Source: Polyangiales bacterium (GTDB taxonomy: Bacteria > Myxococcota_A > Polyangia > Polyangiales > JADJQN01). From it: a stretch of DNA of 64,000 nucleotides. Positions 28,201 to 38,146 of the stretch are shown in pieces. The notes beneath the pieces were generated by a model. The model searched no databases and was not told where the DNA came from. It saw nothing but the letters and a program-made list of their open reading frames with translations. Position numbers and translations under genes: made by a program. The stretch's first letter is position 1; each line of letters starts with the position of its first letter. The DNA is taken from the NCBI GenBank assembly GCA_964202905.1, contig CAXNJO010000003.1:480001-544000 (forward strand), in the 5' to 3' direction.

Positions 28201-29549
28201 TCGATCGCGAGCAGCAGGTCGCGCAGTGGAGCGGCGAAGAAGACGTCGACGGCACCGTGTCGACCGGCACCGAAGAGCAGGCTGGCGCATCGCTGCTCGG
28301 CGCGTTGGGCGACGCGGGCGGCGGCAGCGGCGGGCTCGGCGTGCTCGGGGCCGCGAGCGGCGCGGGCGCACAGCGCGCGATGGGCCCGCGCGCGGAGGCG
28401 TCGATGGACGCGCTCGCGGACAGCGCGCCGAGCGGAGGCCAAGCGCCACCCGCCGCGAGACCGCGCGCGGCGGGGGGGAGAGCCGCGAGCAGCGCCATGG
28501 ACGAGGAGGCCGAGCGCGTGATGGCGGCCCCCGCGCCATCGTCTCCCGCCATGGTCGCGCCCCTCCCCGACACGCGCGTCATGCGCCGCGTGCCGCCGCC
28601 CCCGCCCAACCGCGGGCAGTGGATGCGCCGCGTCTGGTTCAAGGTGGGTGAGGTCACGCCCGGCGGCGACGCGCAGGCCCGCGAGCGCGCCGCGGTCGCT
28701 GCGGCCGAGACGGCGCTCCGCCTCGCGCCCGACAGCCGTGATCGCCACCGAGAGCTCGTGCGCGCGCTCGCCCGGGCGGGCGCTCTCCCGCGCGCAGCCG
28801 AAATCGCGGAAAAATGGCTCGGCCGTGACGCGCTCGACGCCGAAGCGCTCACCTACCTCGCGGACGTCGTCGGCCGTCAGGGTCGCCGTGACGACGCACT
28901 GCGTCTCCTCAGCGGCGTCGTGGACCTGCGCCCCGACGACGCCACGCTCCAGGAGCGCCTGGCGTGGGCCTTCGAGCGCGCGGGCATGTCCGAACGCGCA
29001 TGCGCCCACCGCGTCGCGCTCGCCGAGCTCGGCGGTGCAAGCGCCGAGACGCTCGGCACCGCCGTCCGCTGCGAGCGCAACCTCGGCCGCGCCGACGCCG
29101 CGCAGCGTCTCCTTGACGCGGCCGACGACCCCTCGCTCCGCGCGCGCGCAGAGACGGTCGCGCTCAACGGGGGACTCGTCGAGCGCGGGGGCGGCGACGT
29201 CATCCTCGACGCGACTTGGTCGGGCGGCGCCGACCTCGACATCGCGCTCATCACGCCGCAGGGCACGCGCCTCTCGTGGATGGGCGGCCGCAAGAGCGTG
29301 CATGGGAGCGACGCGACGAGCCTGAGCCACGAGCGCCTCGGCCTGCGGAGCGCGACGGTCGGCGACTACGTCGTCGAGGTCAGCCGCACGCGCCCGGGCG
29401 ACGCGACCCCGTCGAGCGGCACCGTGCAGATCACCGCCTTCGGCACGCGGCGCGCGATCCCGTTCACGTTGCTGCGCGAGCGCGCGGCGATCGGGCGCGT
29501 GCAGGTGCGACGCGAGTCTCGGCTCGAGACCGTGTTCGGCCCGCGCTGA
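25254..29549 (+). CDS. Large anti-sigma: zinc-finger (ZAS) - TM - FecR - VIT - VWA - TPR
   Basis: HLADCDAC; TM; FecR-like VEVLGTKF...VTRGAV; VIT-like ARTEIEEVFRN...LEGIYRFPLP; VWA VVDASQSM; ATGA overlap with the sigma gene. Confidence 0.85.
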   Translation: MTTNPQCEAVRDDLAALVDGDADALRRHAEHLADCDACRDARHEARRLAEHVADAGHDYAPPADLEARVLTALAARGPGVGAPAPQAAFTPPPAATPATPPATATPDATREAEDGASSPAKTAGAGPTRTASRGPLVWLVGLAAAAALVLAVVARRDVPRPPSAGGSAGGTGVAATGGGRLARIARAASDRATGVSLRAPGATGFVEVGPGAALVPGATLRTDASTRARLELVDGTILVLNHRSELTLDATAPRTFTLPRGELLADVAHLGDAAPHALFRTQTGEVEVLGTKFLLASDDTTSSVRVTRGAVRVRSAGGQAADVKAGQEGLFTKSGAPSVASTLDLAGAISWSELEPPQLGGATGDAPIAGLGELRAKRPGDRGEDRPLALASHKVTVRIVGNVARTEIEEVFRNDGGDELEGIYRFPLPPDAHISRLALDVDGRLEEGAFVEKDRASKIWRGVIRNATRPTQRLAQEEYIWVPGPWRDPALLEWQQGGRFELRIFPIPARGERRIVIGYTQTIAPHGEGRRYVYPLPFGSDPSLRVGRFEVDARITGASRVVPRGYETQTITEDGAIRVTYGAQGFLPTGDLVLDYATPEGAAELRAFTYEGSVAVPSGDTDACTGAMRSDAQRAACTRATAQNALAADTRPYVAFTLRPELPAFAASTASDFVVVVDASQSMVGERFTRAQRLVTAMVSEMDRRDRFVVLACDSTCRAESAEPRVPSAQSATALSAWLAAIRPAGASDVVGGLRAGAHALDGHRVADRTLRVLYVGDGLASVGTRRVASIAAEAAALARDPAVRIGTVGIGGDADTQILAAIARAGGGHYVPYVPGERATAAALSVLETTYGASLEDAVIELPEGVVDVAPARLPTIRAGQEIVVTARLTRPEVTGEVVLRGKVGGEAYLDRYPVTLRASTAAGNLFVPRLWATGEIEKLELSGVAGDRDRIIALSKGFGVMSRETSLLVLESDAMLRAFGVDREQQVAQWSGEEDVDGTVSTGTEEQAGASLLGALGDAGGGSGGLGVLGAASGAGAQRAMGPRAEASMDALADSAPSGGQAPPAARPRAAGGRAASSAMDEEAERVMAAPAPSSPAMVAPLPDTRVMRRVPPPPPNRGQWMRRVWFKVGEVTPGGDAQARERAAVAAAETALRLAPDSRDRHRELVRALARAGALPRAAEIAEKWLGRDALDAEALTYLADVVGRQGRRDDALRLLSGVVDLRPDDATLQERLAWAFERAGMSERACAHRVALAELGGASAETLGTAVRCERNLGRADAAQRLLDAADDPSLRARAETVALNGGLVERGGGDVILDATWSGGADLDIALITPQGTRLSWMGGRKSVHGSDATSLSHERLGLRSATVGDYVVEVSRTRPGDATPSSGTVQITAFGTRRAIPFTLLRERAAIGRVQVRRESRLETVFGPR

Positions 29550-29653
29550 CGCATCGGGCGCCCCGTCGACGAGCGCGCGGCGAATCGGGCCCGCCGCGCG
29601 CAACCGCCCGCGATCGCCCGCGATAAGGCGCGCGCTTTTCACGGAGCGTGCCC

Positions 29654-31132
29654 ATGTCGGATCCCGTCTCGTCGTATCGCAACACCTGTCGCAACGCCCC
29701 TCTCATGCTCGGCGGCGACCCCGCCCGCGTCCGCGGCGAGGCCGCCGTGCAGCTCGCCCGCAGCGCGCTCGACGGCGTGCGCCAACACCGGCTCGACGCG
29801 ACCACCGGGCGCGCCGCCTACGCGGAGGGGAACGCCGCGATGCGACATCTCCCTCCCGATCTGCAAGCGCAGCTCGCCCCACTGCTCTCCCAACTCGACA
29901 CGCAGGTCTCCGATCTCGAGCGCGCCGGCCGCGTCCACCAAGACCACGGCGCCCCCGCGGCGCGACAGACCGCGCACGCCCCCCGCCACGCCGCGCCCGC
30001 CGCGGCGACCATCGCCGCGGGCCTCTCCCCGAGCCTCGCGTCACACCGCGGCAGCGAGCTCCACGCGACGATCCAGCAGACCCTGTTCACCGACGGACCG
30101 CAGACGACGCGCACGCTCCGCGCGCTCGCGTCTCTCTCCCCCGCGGCGCTCCGCGAGACGGTCACTGCGCGCGTCGGTGCGCACGCGGCGGATGCGGTGC
30201 TCGACGCCATCTCTGGCGGCGCGCGCATGCAGTTCCGCGTCCGCGTCTCCGAGCGCGCCCACGACGCAATCACGCGCACCGCGCAGCGCCTCGAAGACCG
30301 CAGCACCGGCGCAGGCCTCGACACGACGCTCGCCGCGCTGCGCGGCCCGGGCCGCGGTCCCGTGATCGCCCAGCTCGCCGCGCTCGGGGTCTCGCCCGCT
30401 CGCGTCCACGCGCTCGTCGCAGAGGACGCGTCTCCGGAGGCGCGTCACGCGCTGCGCACGCTCGTCGCGGACGCGACGCGCGACGGCGCCGAGACACTCC
30501 GCGCCTTCGCCCAGCGGTACGACGCCGCGCACAACGTCCTCGACGCGACCGGCCAGCTCTACACGCTGCTCGAGGACTCGGTGCGCCAGACCCGCGCGCA
30601 ACTCGGCGTCCCCGTCGACCCGGCGCGGAGCGCACTCGGCCGCTTCATCGAGGCGGACATCGCTGAAGCCCGAGCCAACCAGCGGGTGAACGACGTGTCC
30701 GCATTCGTCGCCGGTGTGGTGGCGACGGTCGCACTCGCCGTGTCGGGCGTGGGCGTGGCCGCCGACGCGGTCGCCATCGCCACACGCGGCACGGCGAGCT
30801 CGTTCGGCGCGGCCGACCACGCCGATGACGTCGGCCTCGCGGCCCTGGCAGGCGAAACGACGCGCGAAGCGGCCGACGACGCGCGCGCGCACGCGCGCAT
30901 CGAGACGGCGATCACGGTGGGCGCCGGCATCGTCGGCCTCGGCGCGGGAGTTCTCCAACAACACCGCGCGGCGGCCGCCCTCCGCAACGCGTACTTCCCC
31001 ACAACGGCGCTGCGCGAGGCCGCCCATCACGCCGCGCACGTCCAGGCCAGCCTGACCGGCGGGGCCGTCGAGACAGCCATCCACGGTGCCGCCCTCGCCC
31101 ACCGCCACGCCTCGCACGGCGAGACGCCCTGA
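29654..31132 (+). CDS. Hypothetical helical protein with C-terminal hydrophobic segments
   Basis: Long ORF, GGAG RBS, no recognised family. Confidence 0.65.
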   Translation: MSDPVSSYRNTCRNAPLMLGGDPARVRGEAAVQLARSALDGVRQHRLDATTGRAAYAEGNAAMRHLPPDLQAQLAPLLSQLDTQVSDLERAGRVHQDHGAPAARQTAHAPRHAAPAAATIAAGLSPSLASHRGSELHATIQQTLFTDGPQTTRTLRALASLSPAALRETVTARVGAHAADAVLDAISGGARMQFRVRVSERAHDAITRTAQRLEDRSTGAGLDTTLAALRGPGRGPVIAQLAALGVSPARVHALVAEDASPEARHALRTLVADATRDGAETLRAFAQRYDAAHNVLDATGQLYTLLEDSVRQTRAQLGVPVDPARSALGRFIEADIAEARANQRVNDVSAFVAGVVATVALAVSGVGVAADAVAIATRGTASSFGAADHADDVGLAALAGETTREAADDARAHARIETAITVGAGIVGLGAGVLQQHRAAAALRNAYFPTTALREAAHHAAHVQASLTGGAVETAIHGAALAHRHASHGETP

Positions 31133-31144
31133 GGGAGCGCGACG

Positions 31145-31849
31145 ATGAACGACGATTCATTTCCCTGCGCGCCGCTCGAGACGCACGACGCCGTGTCCCT
31201 TTGCGAGCGCGCCGACGTCGCGCTCGACCCGGAGGTCGTCTCCTACGCGCGCGTCCAGGCCGTCCACCACCGCGTCCTCCTGCTCGAGATCGACGACGAC
31301 GAGGCCACGGAGAGCGGCTATCGGGGCCTCCCCGCGACGCGACGCGTGCTCGTCGGCACCCTCGACGTGCTCCGCGCTCGCTACGACGTGAACGAATCCC
31401 TCGACGCCGTGCGCTGGCTGGAGGGGCCCACCCCCGAGTGGCTCTCCGAACGCGTCCGCGCGACGTTCGCCGCAGCCGCGCTCGCCCCGCGCGCGGTGAC
31501 GCGCTGGGCTGAAGAGGACGTCGCCGAGATCCGCGCGACGCCACAATACACATGCTCGAGCATCTTCGTCGGGACGAGCCCGCCACGCCCCCTCGCGCCG
31601 TGGCACGACGCGTCGCCCGCGCTCGGCGCGCTCGACAGCGTGGTCCAGTTCGTCACGGGCTCTGCGCTGGCGGCGCTCATGTTCGTGGCGATGGAGGTCG
31701 CACGGGATCACGACAGGATCATCGCCGTGGTGGCTCCCCCCCTGATGTTCCTGGCCGCGCGCGGGATCGCGTGGCTCTACCGGAGCCTCAGCGAACGGCA
31801 CTCACCGCGCGGCCGACGCTTCGCGGGCGCCGCCGCCCGTACGGCGTGA
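31145..31849 (+). CDS. Hypothetical protein with two C-terminal TM helices
   Basis: GGGAG RBS; starts 12 nt after the upstream stop. Confidence 0.65.
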   Translation: MNDDSFPCAPLETHDAVSLCERADVALDPEVVSYARVQAVHHRVLLLEIDDDEATESGYRGLPATRRVLVGTLDVLRARYDVNESLDAVRWLEGPTPEWLSERVRATFAAAALAPRAVTRWAEEDVAEIRATPQYTCSSIFVGTSPPRPLAPWHDASPALGALDSVVQFVTGSALAALMFVAMEVARDHDRIIAVVAPPLMFLAARGIAWLYRSLSERHSPRGRRFAGAAARTA

Positions 31850-31925
31850 GCTGGCCCCGCGCCCGCTGCGCTCGCGCGCGTCGACCCGTCACGCCGCCTG
31901 ATCCGTCGCGGCTGCGGGCGACGCC

Positions 31926-32309
31926 TCACGCCGAGTCGACGCCTGCCCCCGGCCCCGCCGCGGTCCCGCCGCCCGGCGCGGCCGCGCGGCCCAAGACGCC
32001 CTCGCGCACGAACAAGAACAACGGGAACGCGCTCGCGAACGCGACGAACATCCCGAGCGCGACATACGCCCAGACCCAGCGCATCCCGAGGCGGCGCCCC
32101 TCGGCGATCATCCACACGCTGCCCGCGCCCGCCGCCACGAGGATGTCCGCCGAGAGCGAGCCCCCGGCCGGCGTCGAGAAGGCCTCCGAGACGAACACCC
32201 CCGGGTCGAACGCGCCGCCGTGGGCGACGGCGAAGGCCGCGTTGTACCACCACGGCCACACGGCCCCGATGAGCGCGAGGACGAGGTAAACGACCCGCAG
32301 CGGGCTCAC
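31926..32309 (-). CDS. DUF2834-like membrane protein
   Basis: EGRRLGMR...AFPLFLFVRE motif. Confidence 0.75.
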   Translation of the reverse strand: MSPLRVVYLVLALIGAVWPWWYNAAFAVAHGGAFDPGVFVSEAFSTPAGGSLSADILVAAGAGSVWMIAEGRRLGMRWVWAYVALGMFVAFASAFPLFLFVREGVLGRAAAPGGGTAAGPGAGVDSA

Positions 32310-32316
32310 GCGACGC

Positions 32317-33357
32317 TCAGTGCGCCGGGTGCACGACGGGCCCGGGGGCGCCCGCGTGCGCATGGGCGTGCGCGTGGGTGTGCCCGTCCTCGCGAAGCGA
32401 GGTCTCGCTCGGCTCGAGCGGCGTGAGCCCCGCGTCGCGGAGGAGGCGCTGGTCGGCCTCGACGTCGGGGTTGCCCGTCGTGAGCAGCTTGTCGCCGTAG
32501 AAGATGCTGTTCGCCCCCGCGAGGAAGCACAACAGCTGCGACTCGCGCGACAGCGCCTCGCGCCCAGCGCTGAGGCGCACCATCGCGCGCGGCATGACGA
32601 TGCGCGCGGTCGCGATCATGCGGACGAGCTCGATCGGGTCGATGCGGGGCTGCGAGGCGAGCGGCGTGCCCTCGACCGGGACGAGCGCGTTCACCGGGAC
32701 GCTCGAAGGGTGCGGGGTCATCCGCGCGAGCGTGACGAGCATGCGGCAGCGGTCCGTGATGCTCTCGCCCATCCCGATGATGCCGCCGCAGCACACACCG
32801 ATCCCCGCGGACGTCACGCGCTCGAGGGTCGCGAGCCGCTCGTCGTAGGAGCGCGTCGTGATGATCGAACCGTAGTATTCGCGGCTCGTGTCGAGGTTGT
32901 GGTTGTAGGCCGTGAGCCCGGCCTCCGCGAGCGCGCGGGCCTGGGCGTCGTCGAGCATGCCGAGCGTCGCGCACGCCTCCATGCCTAGCTCGCGGACGCC
33001 GCGCACCATCGAGAGCACCTGGTCGAACTGCTTGCCCTGCTTCGCGTCGCGCCAGGCCGCGCCCATGCAGAATCGCGAGGCGCCGTTCTCCCTCGCGCGG
33101 CGCGCCGAGGCGAGCACCTCCTCGACGCCGAGCAGCTTCTCCGGCTCCACGCTGCTCGCGTGGCGGGCGCTCTGCGGGCAATACGCGCAGTCTTCCGGGC
33201 AGCCGCCGGTCTTCACCGAGAGCAGCGTGCAGAGTTGCACCTTGTCCGGCGCGTGGTGGGCGCGGTGGACCGTCTGTGCGCGGTGCACGAGGTCGGTGAG
33301 CGGGAGGTCGTGGATCGCGCGGACCTCGGCGACGGTCCAGTCGTGGCGGGGCTCCAT
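32317..33357 (-). CDS. bioB: Biotin synthase
   Basis: CPEDCAYC radical SAM motif, [28 protein letters not shown]. Confidence 0.97.
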   Translation of the reverse strand: MEPRHDWTVAEVRAIHDLPLTDLVHRAQTVHRAHHAPDKVQLCTLLSVKTGGCPEDCAYCPQSARHASSVEPEKLLGVEEVLASARRARENGASRFCMGAAWRDAKQGKQFDQVLSMVRGVRELGMEACATLGMLDDAQARALAEAGLTAYNHNLDTSREYYGSIITTRSYDERLATLERVTSAGIGVCCGGIIGMGESITDRCRMLVTLARMTPHPSSVPVNALVPVEGTPLASQPRIDPIELVRMIATARIVMPRAMVRLSAGREALSRESQLLCFLAGANSIFYGDKLLTTGNPDVEADQRLLRDAGLTPLEPSETSLREDGHTHAHAHAHAGAPGPVVHPAH

Positions 33358-33482
33358 GGGTCGGGAGGCGTAGCCCCGAACGGTGCCCGCGCGCAAGGCG
33401 CACCGCGGCAATCCACGTCCGGCGCACCGGCGCGCGGCTCGTTGCAACCGCCCACGGCGACGCGTACCGTGCCGCGGGTCTC

Positions 33483-34580
33483 GTGACCGACGAACGCCCC
33501 CCCGAGCCGGACGCGACGTCGGCGCCCGCCCGCGACGAGACCCGCACCTCGCCTTCGGCCCTTCCCGGGGCAGCGCGGCCGTTCACGCACGCGCCGTTGC
33601 TCGCCGCGCTCGCGGCCGTCGCAGCCCTCGCCGACACGCTCATCAGTCGACTCGTGGCCCCCACGCTCGCGCCGCGCGCGCCCCTGGCGGTCACGCGCGC
33701 GATCTTCGCGGCGGGCGACGTCGCGATGAACCTCGCCGCGGTCGCGGGGCTCGTGGCGCTCGGCAGCGTCGTGCTCGAAGCGCTTCGCCGCGGGCGGTTC
33801 GGCTCGCTGTTCCACCGCCTCACCGTCGCGGGCTTCGCAGGGGTGTTCCTGCCCAGCATCGCGCTGGCAGCGGTCCTGCCGCGCGCGCGCACCTCCCCGC
33901 AACTCGTGATCTTCGCGACGGGCGCAGCCTTCGTCCTTGCGTTGCTGTTCGGCGTGAGCGCGCTGCAGCGGCGGAGCGCGGCTCCCCTGCGGCTCGCGGT
34001 CGGACTCGTCACCGCGAGCGCCTGCGCGGGACTGCTCGGGATGCTCTGCCTCTACGCACCCTGGCTGGGGCGGCACGCGGGCGGCGAAGTCACGGCCGCG
34101 CTGCTCGGCCACGTGGCCGAGGTCGCGTGGCTCACGACGCCGCTCTGCGCGGCTGTCGCGCTGCGCCCTGAACTCGCCTCGCGCCGCGGGCGTGCGGCGC
34201 TCGTGGTCGCGCTCCTCCTCGGGACCGCCCTCTCCATCGGCTTCCGCACCCTGCGCGCCCTCGCCCGCGGACAGCTCGGCGACGTCCTTTACTACGCGTT
34301 CCGTGTGCAGCTCCTGCTCGAGACGGCGCCGCTCGCGTACACCGTCGGCATCACGCTCGTCGTGATGCTGGGCATCGTCGCGCTCCTCGCGCGCGAGTCG
34401 TGGCGCCGCCAAATTGGCACGGCCGTGCTCTTGCTGGTGGCCGCCGGGGTCACGCCGCGCATGCCCGGCACGCTGCTCATGTTCGTGCTCGGCGCCACCA
34501 TGCTCGGCCGCCTCGCGCTCGCTGACGCGCAGGCGGGCGCGAGCGACGACCAGACCGGGGACGCCCCGCCGTCGGCCTGA
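33483..34580 (+). CDS. Multi-TM hypothetical membrane protein
   Basis: About 9-10 hydrophobic segments. Confidence 0.65.
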   Translation: MTDERPPEPDATSAPARDETRTSPSALPGAARPFTHAPLLAALAAVAALADTLISRLVAPTLAPRAPLAVTRAIFAAGDVAMNLAAVAGLVALGSVVLEALRRGRFGSLFHRLTVAGFAGVFLPSIALAAVLPRARTSPQLVIFATGAAFVLALLFGVSALQRRSAAPLRLAVGLVTASACAGLLGMLCLYAPWLGRHAGGEVTAALLGHVAEVAWLTTPLCAAVALRPELASRRGRAALVVALLLGTALSIGFRTLRALARGQLGDVLYYAFRVQLLLETAPLAYTVGITLVVMLGIVALLARESWRRQIGTAVLLLVAAGVTPRMPGTLLMFVLGATMLGRLALADAQAGASDDQTGDAPPSA

Positions 34581-34640
34581 GCCGCGAGGCCCCGCGTTGC
34601 CGGCGGGGGTGCCCTCCGCGAGCGCGCCCCCGCGCCCGGC

Positions 34641-35843
34641 TCAGCGGAGCGCGGCGATGGCCTCACCGATGCGGCGGACGCCCTCGCGGATCAACTCCAC
34701 GGAGGTGGCGTACGAGAGCCGCACATAACCCGGCGCGCCGAAGGGCGTGCCCGGCACCACCGCGACGCGCGCCTCCTCGAGGAGCCACTGCGCGACGCCG
34801 ATGTCGTCCGTAAGCACACCCGTGGCCGTCCGCTTGCCGTAGAGCCCGACGATGCTCGGGAAGGCGTAGAACGCGCCCTCCGGCATACGGCAGTGGATCC
34901 CCGGCAGCGCGGCCAGCCCACCGACCATGGCCTGACGGCGCTCGTCGAACGTGCGGTGCATCGCCTCGAAGGCCTCCTCGGGCCCCTCGAGCGCGGCGAT
35001 CGCCGCGAACTGCGCGGCGGCCGTCGGGTTCGTCGTGCTCTGGCCCTGCACCATGTCGACGGCCTCGCAGAGCGCCTTCGGCGCGAGGATCCAGCCGATG
35101 CGCCAGCCCGTCATCGCGTAGGTCTTCGAGACACCATCGACGACGATGGTGCGGTCCTTCAGGTCGGGCGCCACCTCGAGGATCGAGCGCTGCTCGAAGC
35201 CGCCGTACACGAGGCGCGCGTAGATCTCGTCGGTGATGATCCAGAAGTCGTGCTTGCGCGCGACCGCCGCGATCGCCTCGAGCTGCGCGGGCGAGTACGC
35301 CGAGCCCGTCGGGTTCGACGGGGTGCACAGCACGAGCGCCTTCGTGCGCGGCGTGATAGCGGCCTCGAGCGCCGCGGCCGAGAGCACGAACCCCTCGTCC
35401 TCGCGCGTCTCGACGACGACCGGCGTCGCGCCGAGCATGCGCACCTGCTCGGGGTAGCTCACCCAGTACGGCGCGGGGATGATGACCTCGTCACCCTCCT
35501 CGTAGAGCGCGAGCGCGAGGTTGAAGAGCGAGTGCTTCGCGCCGACCGAGACGACGACCTCTTCGGGCGCGTGCGCGACGCCACCGCGCCGACGCTTGGA
35601 GTCGGCGCAGATCGCTTCGCGCAGCTTCGGCAGGCCGCGGACCGCGGTGTAGTGGCTCGCGCCCTCGTCGATCGCGCGCTTCGCGGCCTCGCGGATGTGC
35701 CCCGGCGTTTGGAAATCGGGCTCGCCGACGCCGAAGGAGATGACGTCGATGCCCTTCTTGCGGAGCTCGGTGGCCCGCTGCGAGATGGCGAGCGTGGCGG
35801 AGGGTTGGACACTCTGCAGGCGCGTGGCGAGGCGGCGGGTCAA
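34641..35843 (-). CDS. aspC: PLP-dependent aspartate aminotransferase (class I)
   Basis: GEPDF, PSNPTG, DEIY, SKTYAMTGWRIG, RLSYA. Confidence 0.92.
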   Translation of the reverse strand: MTRRLATRLQSVQPSATLAISQRATELRKKGIDVISFGVGEPDFQTPGHIREAAKRAIDEGASHYTAVRGLPKLREAICADSKRRRGGVAHAPEEVVVSVGAKHSLFNLALALYEEGDEVIIPAPYWVSYPEQVRMLGATPVVVETREDEGFVLSAAALEAAITPRTKALVLCTPSNPTGSAYSPAQLEAIAAVARKHDFWIITDEIYARLVYGGFEQRSILEVAPDLKDRTIVVDGVSKTYAMTGWRIGWILAPKALCEAVDMVQGQSTTNPTAAAQFAAIAALEGPEEAFEAMHRTFDERRQAMVGGLAALPGIHCRMPEGAFYAFPSIVGLYGKRTATGVLTDDIGVAQWLLEEARVAVVPGTPFGAPGYVRLSYATSVELIREGVRRIGEAIAALR

Positions 35844-35876
35844 GGCAGGCTCCTGGGCTTCACGGGGCGTCGCGCC

Positions 35877-36326
35877 TCAGCCCGGCGCGGCAGACGGGTT
35901 CTTCACGACCATCACGGTGCAATGCGCACCGCGAACGACGTTCTCAGCGACGCTCCCGAGGAGCATCCGCTCGAGCCCCTGCCGACCGCTCGTCCCGACG
36001 ACGATCCCGTCGACGGCGTGCTCGGCGGCGACGCGCAGGATCTCGGTGTCAGGCCGCCCGTGGACCGCGCGGTAGCGAAGCGCGATGGCGCCGGTGAGCG
36101 GCGTCCCGTCCGCGGCCACCAACTCACGCTCAGCGACCAAACGCATGCGCCCCACCGCCTGCTCGATGTCGAGGAGCACGGCGTCCGCGGCGGACGGCGG
36201 CTCGGCGCCGAGCACGTGCAGGAAGTAGATCTCCCCGGCCGACAGCCCGAGCGCGTACTGCGCCGCGAAGCGACACGCCGGGCGCGAGACCTCGGTGAAG
36301 TCCATCGCGACGAGGAGCTTGATCAC
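35877..36326 (-). CDS. Universal stress protein
   Basis: LLVAMDFT, IVVGTSGR...LLGSVAENVVR. Confidence 0.92.
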   Translation of the reverse strand: MIKLLVAMDFTEVSRPACRFAAQYALGLSAGEIYFLHVLGAEPPSAADAVLLDIEQAVGRMRLVAERELVAADGTPLTGAIALRYRAVHGRPDTEILRVAAEHAVDGIVVGTSGRQGLERMLLGSVAENVVRGAHCTVMVVKNPSAAPG

Positions 36327-36443
36327 GCGGCGCCTTGTACCACGAAAGAAGCGCCCACTCGACGCACAGCGTCAAGACGGGCGCTTCGGGTGGCCTCGCG
36401 GTGCCGGACCGGGGTCAGCCGGTCGCGGCGCGCGGGAAGGCGG

Positions 36444-38069
36444 TCAAATCAGGATCACGCCGCCCTCGGGCGGCACGACGATGTAGACGTTGCGGAAGTC
36501 GAGGTCGGCGACGCCGTTGCCGACGACGATGATGCGCGCCTGGTGGATCTCGGTGCGCAGCGGCGTCGGGCGCACGTCGTTCCAGAAGTCGATCGCGAAC
36601 TCGACCTGCGTCCCCGGGATGACCTGGTAGAAGGTCGTGTCGTCCTTCGAGTTGTACGTGACGCCCGGGATCGGGCCGATCTCACCGCCCGGCCCGAAGC
36701 CCTCGACGGGGATGATGGCCTTGATGAACAGCCGCGCGTCGAACTCGTCCGGGTTGCCCGGGACGTTCTCGGTGCGCGTGCTGACGTCCTGCGGCGTGCC
36801 GCCGACGAGCGAGGTGATGCCGTCGATGATCTGGTCGGAGGTGGTCGACGCCGGCCCCGTGAAGACGAGCGGCGTGCCGTCGGAGCGCACGCTGCCCGTG
36901 CGGCGGGCCATCTCCTCCATGTCCGGCCCCGACCCCGCGAAGCCGACGTTCGCCCCGATGAAGCGCGCGCCGATCGCGTTCATCGCGTCGACCGCCATGC
37001 TGAACGACACGGGCCCCCTGATCCCGGCGTAGTCGTTGAACGGGTCAACACCGTTGTGCCAGGGCGCGTCCGAGACGAGCACGACGATCGGAAGGGAACC
37101 CGGGCGGAAGCACGGATAGCCGCGGCGCACGCCCATCTCGTCCGGGATGCTCGGGCAGGAGCGCGGCGGAATCGTCCCGACGCCGCGGGTGTCGTCGTCA
37201 TACGTCATCCCGGCGCCCGAGGCGGTGAGGTACACGGCGGCCGTGTTCGACTCGGGCGTGTCGTTGCCGCTGTTGGCCGTGAGCGAGAGCGCGCCGTTCA
37301 CGCGTCCGAGGTCAGCGGTGATGTCCTCCAGGTGCGCGTAGGGAACGTCACCCGAGAAGGCATCGCCGTAGAACCCTGTCGGGAAGTCGTCGAAGCGCCC
37401 CACGCCGAACTGCGCATCGCGCACGAGCCCCGAGACCGCTGATGCGATCGAACGCAACGACGAGTTCACGTCATCGATCGCCGACTGCATCGACCCCGTG
37501 GTGTCGATCAGGAAGTAGACGTCGGCCTTCGAGATGTTCGTGCCGAAACGAAGCGGGCGCATCACGCGCTCGCCGTTGTAGGGCAGCACGACGAAGTAGT
37601 CGGTCGGCGGGACGACGCTCGACGGGTCCGTGGGGCTGGTGCCCGCGGTGCGCTCGACGAGGTCCGTGAAGCCGTCGCTGTCGGTGTCCGGGTTCGTCGG
37701 GTCGGTGCCGCCCGCGACCTCGTCGCCGTCGAGCACGCCATCGTTGTCGGAGTCGACGTCCTGGAAATCGGGGATGAAATCGCCGTCGGAGTCGCGCGGC
37801 GAGCACTCGCCGGCGCTTCCGGCCTCCGCCGAGTCGGGTACGCCGTCGGCGTCGTCGTCCGGGTTGCCGACGCCAGCCCCCTCGAGCGAGTCGGCGATGC
37901 CGTTGCCGTCGCTGTCGCCCGGGGTGCACGGGCGCGTCGACCCGTCGCGCGGCGGGACGACGCCTCCGTCGCGCGTGCCGCGCACACCGCGACCGCGCTC
38001 GTCGCCGCAACCCGTGGCGACGAGGCCGAGCGCGAGCGACAACGTGAGGATTCGAAAGCGGATTCGCAT
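36444..38069 (-). CDS. TSP3-repeat + VWA lipoprotein (paralog 3)
   Basis: Lipobox ATGC; DxDxDG repeats; DVYFLIDTTGSM; GNDTPES. Confidence 0.85.
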   Translation of the reverse strand: MRIRFRILTLSLALGLVATGCGDERGRGVRGTRDGGVVPPRDGSTRPCTPGDSDGNGIADSLEGAGVGNPDDDADGVPDSAEAGSAGECSPRDSDGDFIPDFQDVDSDNDGVLDGDEVAGGTDPTNPDTDSDGFTDLVERTAGTSPTDPSSVVPPTDYFVVLPYNGERVMRPLRFGTNISKADVYFLIDTTGSMQSAIDDVNSSLRSIASAVSGLVRDAQFGVGRFDDFPTGFYGDAFSGDVPYAHLEDITADLGRVNGALSLTANSGNDTPESNTAAVYLTASGAGMTYDDDTRGVGTIPPRSCPSIPDEMGVRRGYPCFRPGSLPIVVLVSDAPWHNGVDPFNDYAGIRGPVSFSMAVDAMNAIGARFIGANVGFAGSGPDMEEMARRTGSVRSDGTPLVFTGPASTTSDQIIDGITSLVGGTPQDVSTRTENVPGNPDEFDARLFIKAIIPVEGFGPGGEIGPIPGVTYNSKDDTTFYQVIPGTQVEFAIDFWNDVRPTPLRTEIHQARIIVVGNGVADLDFRNVYIVVPPEGGVILI

Positions 38070-38146
38070 GAGACGCGCTCCTCCCGCGGCGATGCCGCGG
38101 GCCTGTCGACGAAGAAAAGGGGGAAAGGCGGCGGGAGGCGCCCGCC

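Noticed and set aside
25128..29642. 1504-aa minus-strand ORF and similar long Arg/Ala-rich ORFs (e.g. 50162..53278 +, 34893..37442 +, 18088..20505 -)
   Set aside because: Antisense shadows of real genes, expected at this GC content; no motifs.
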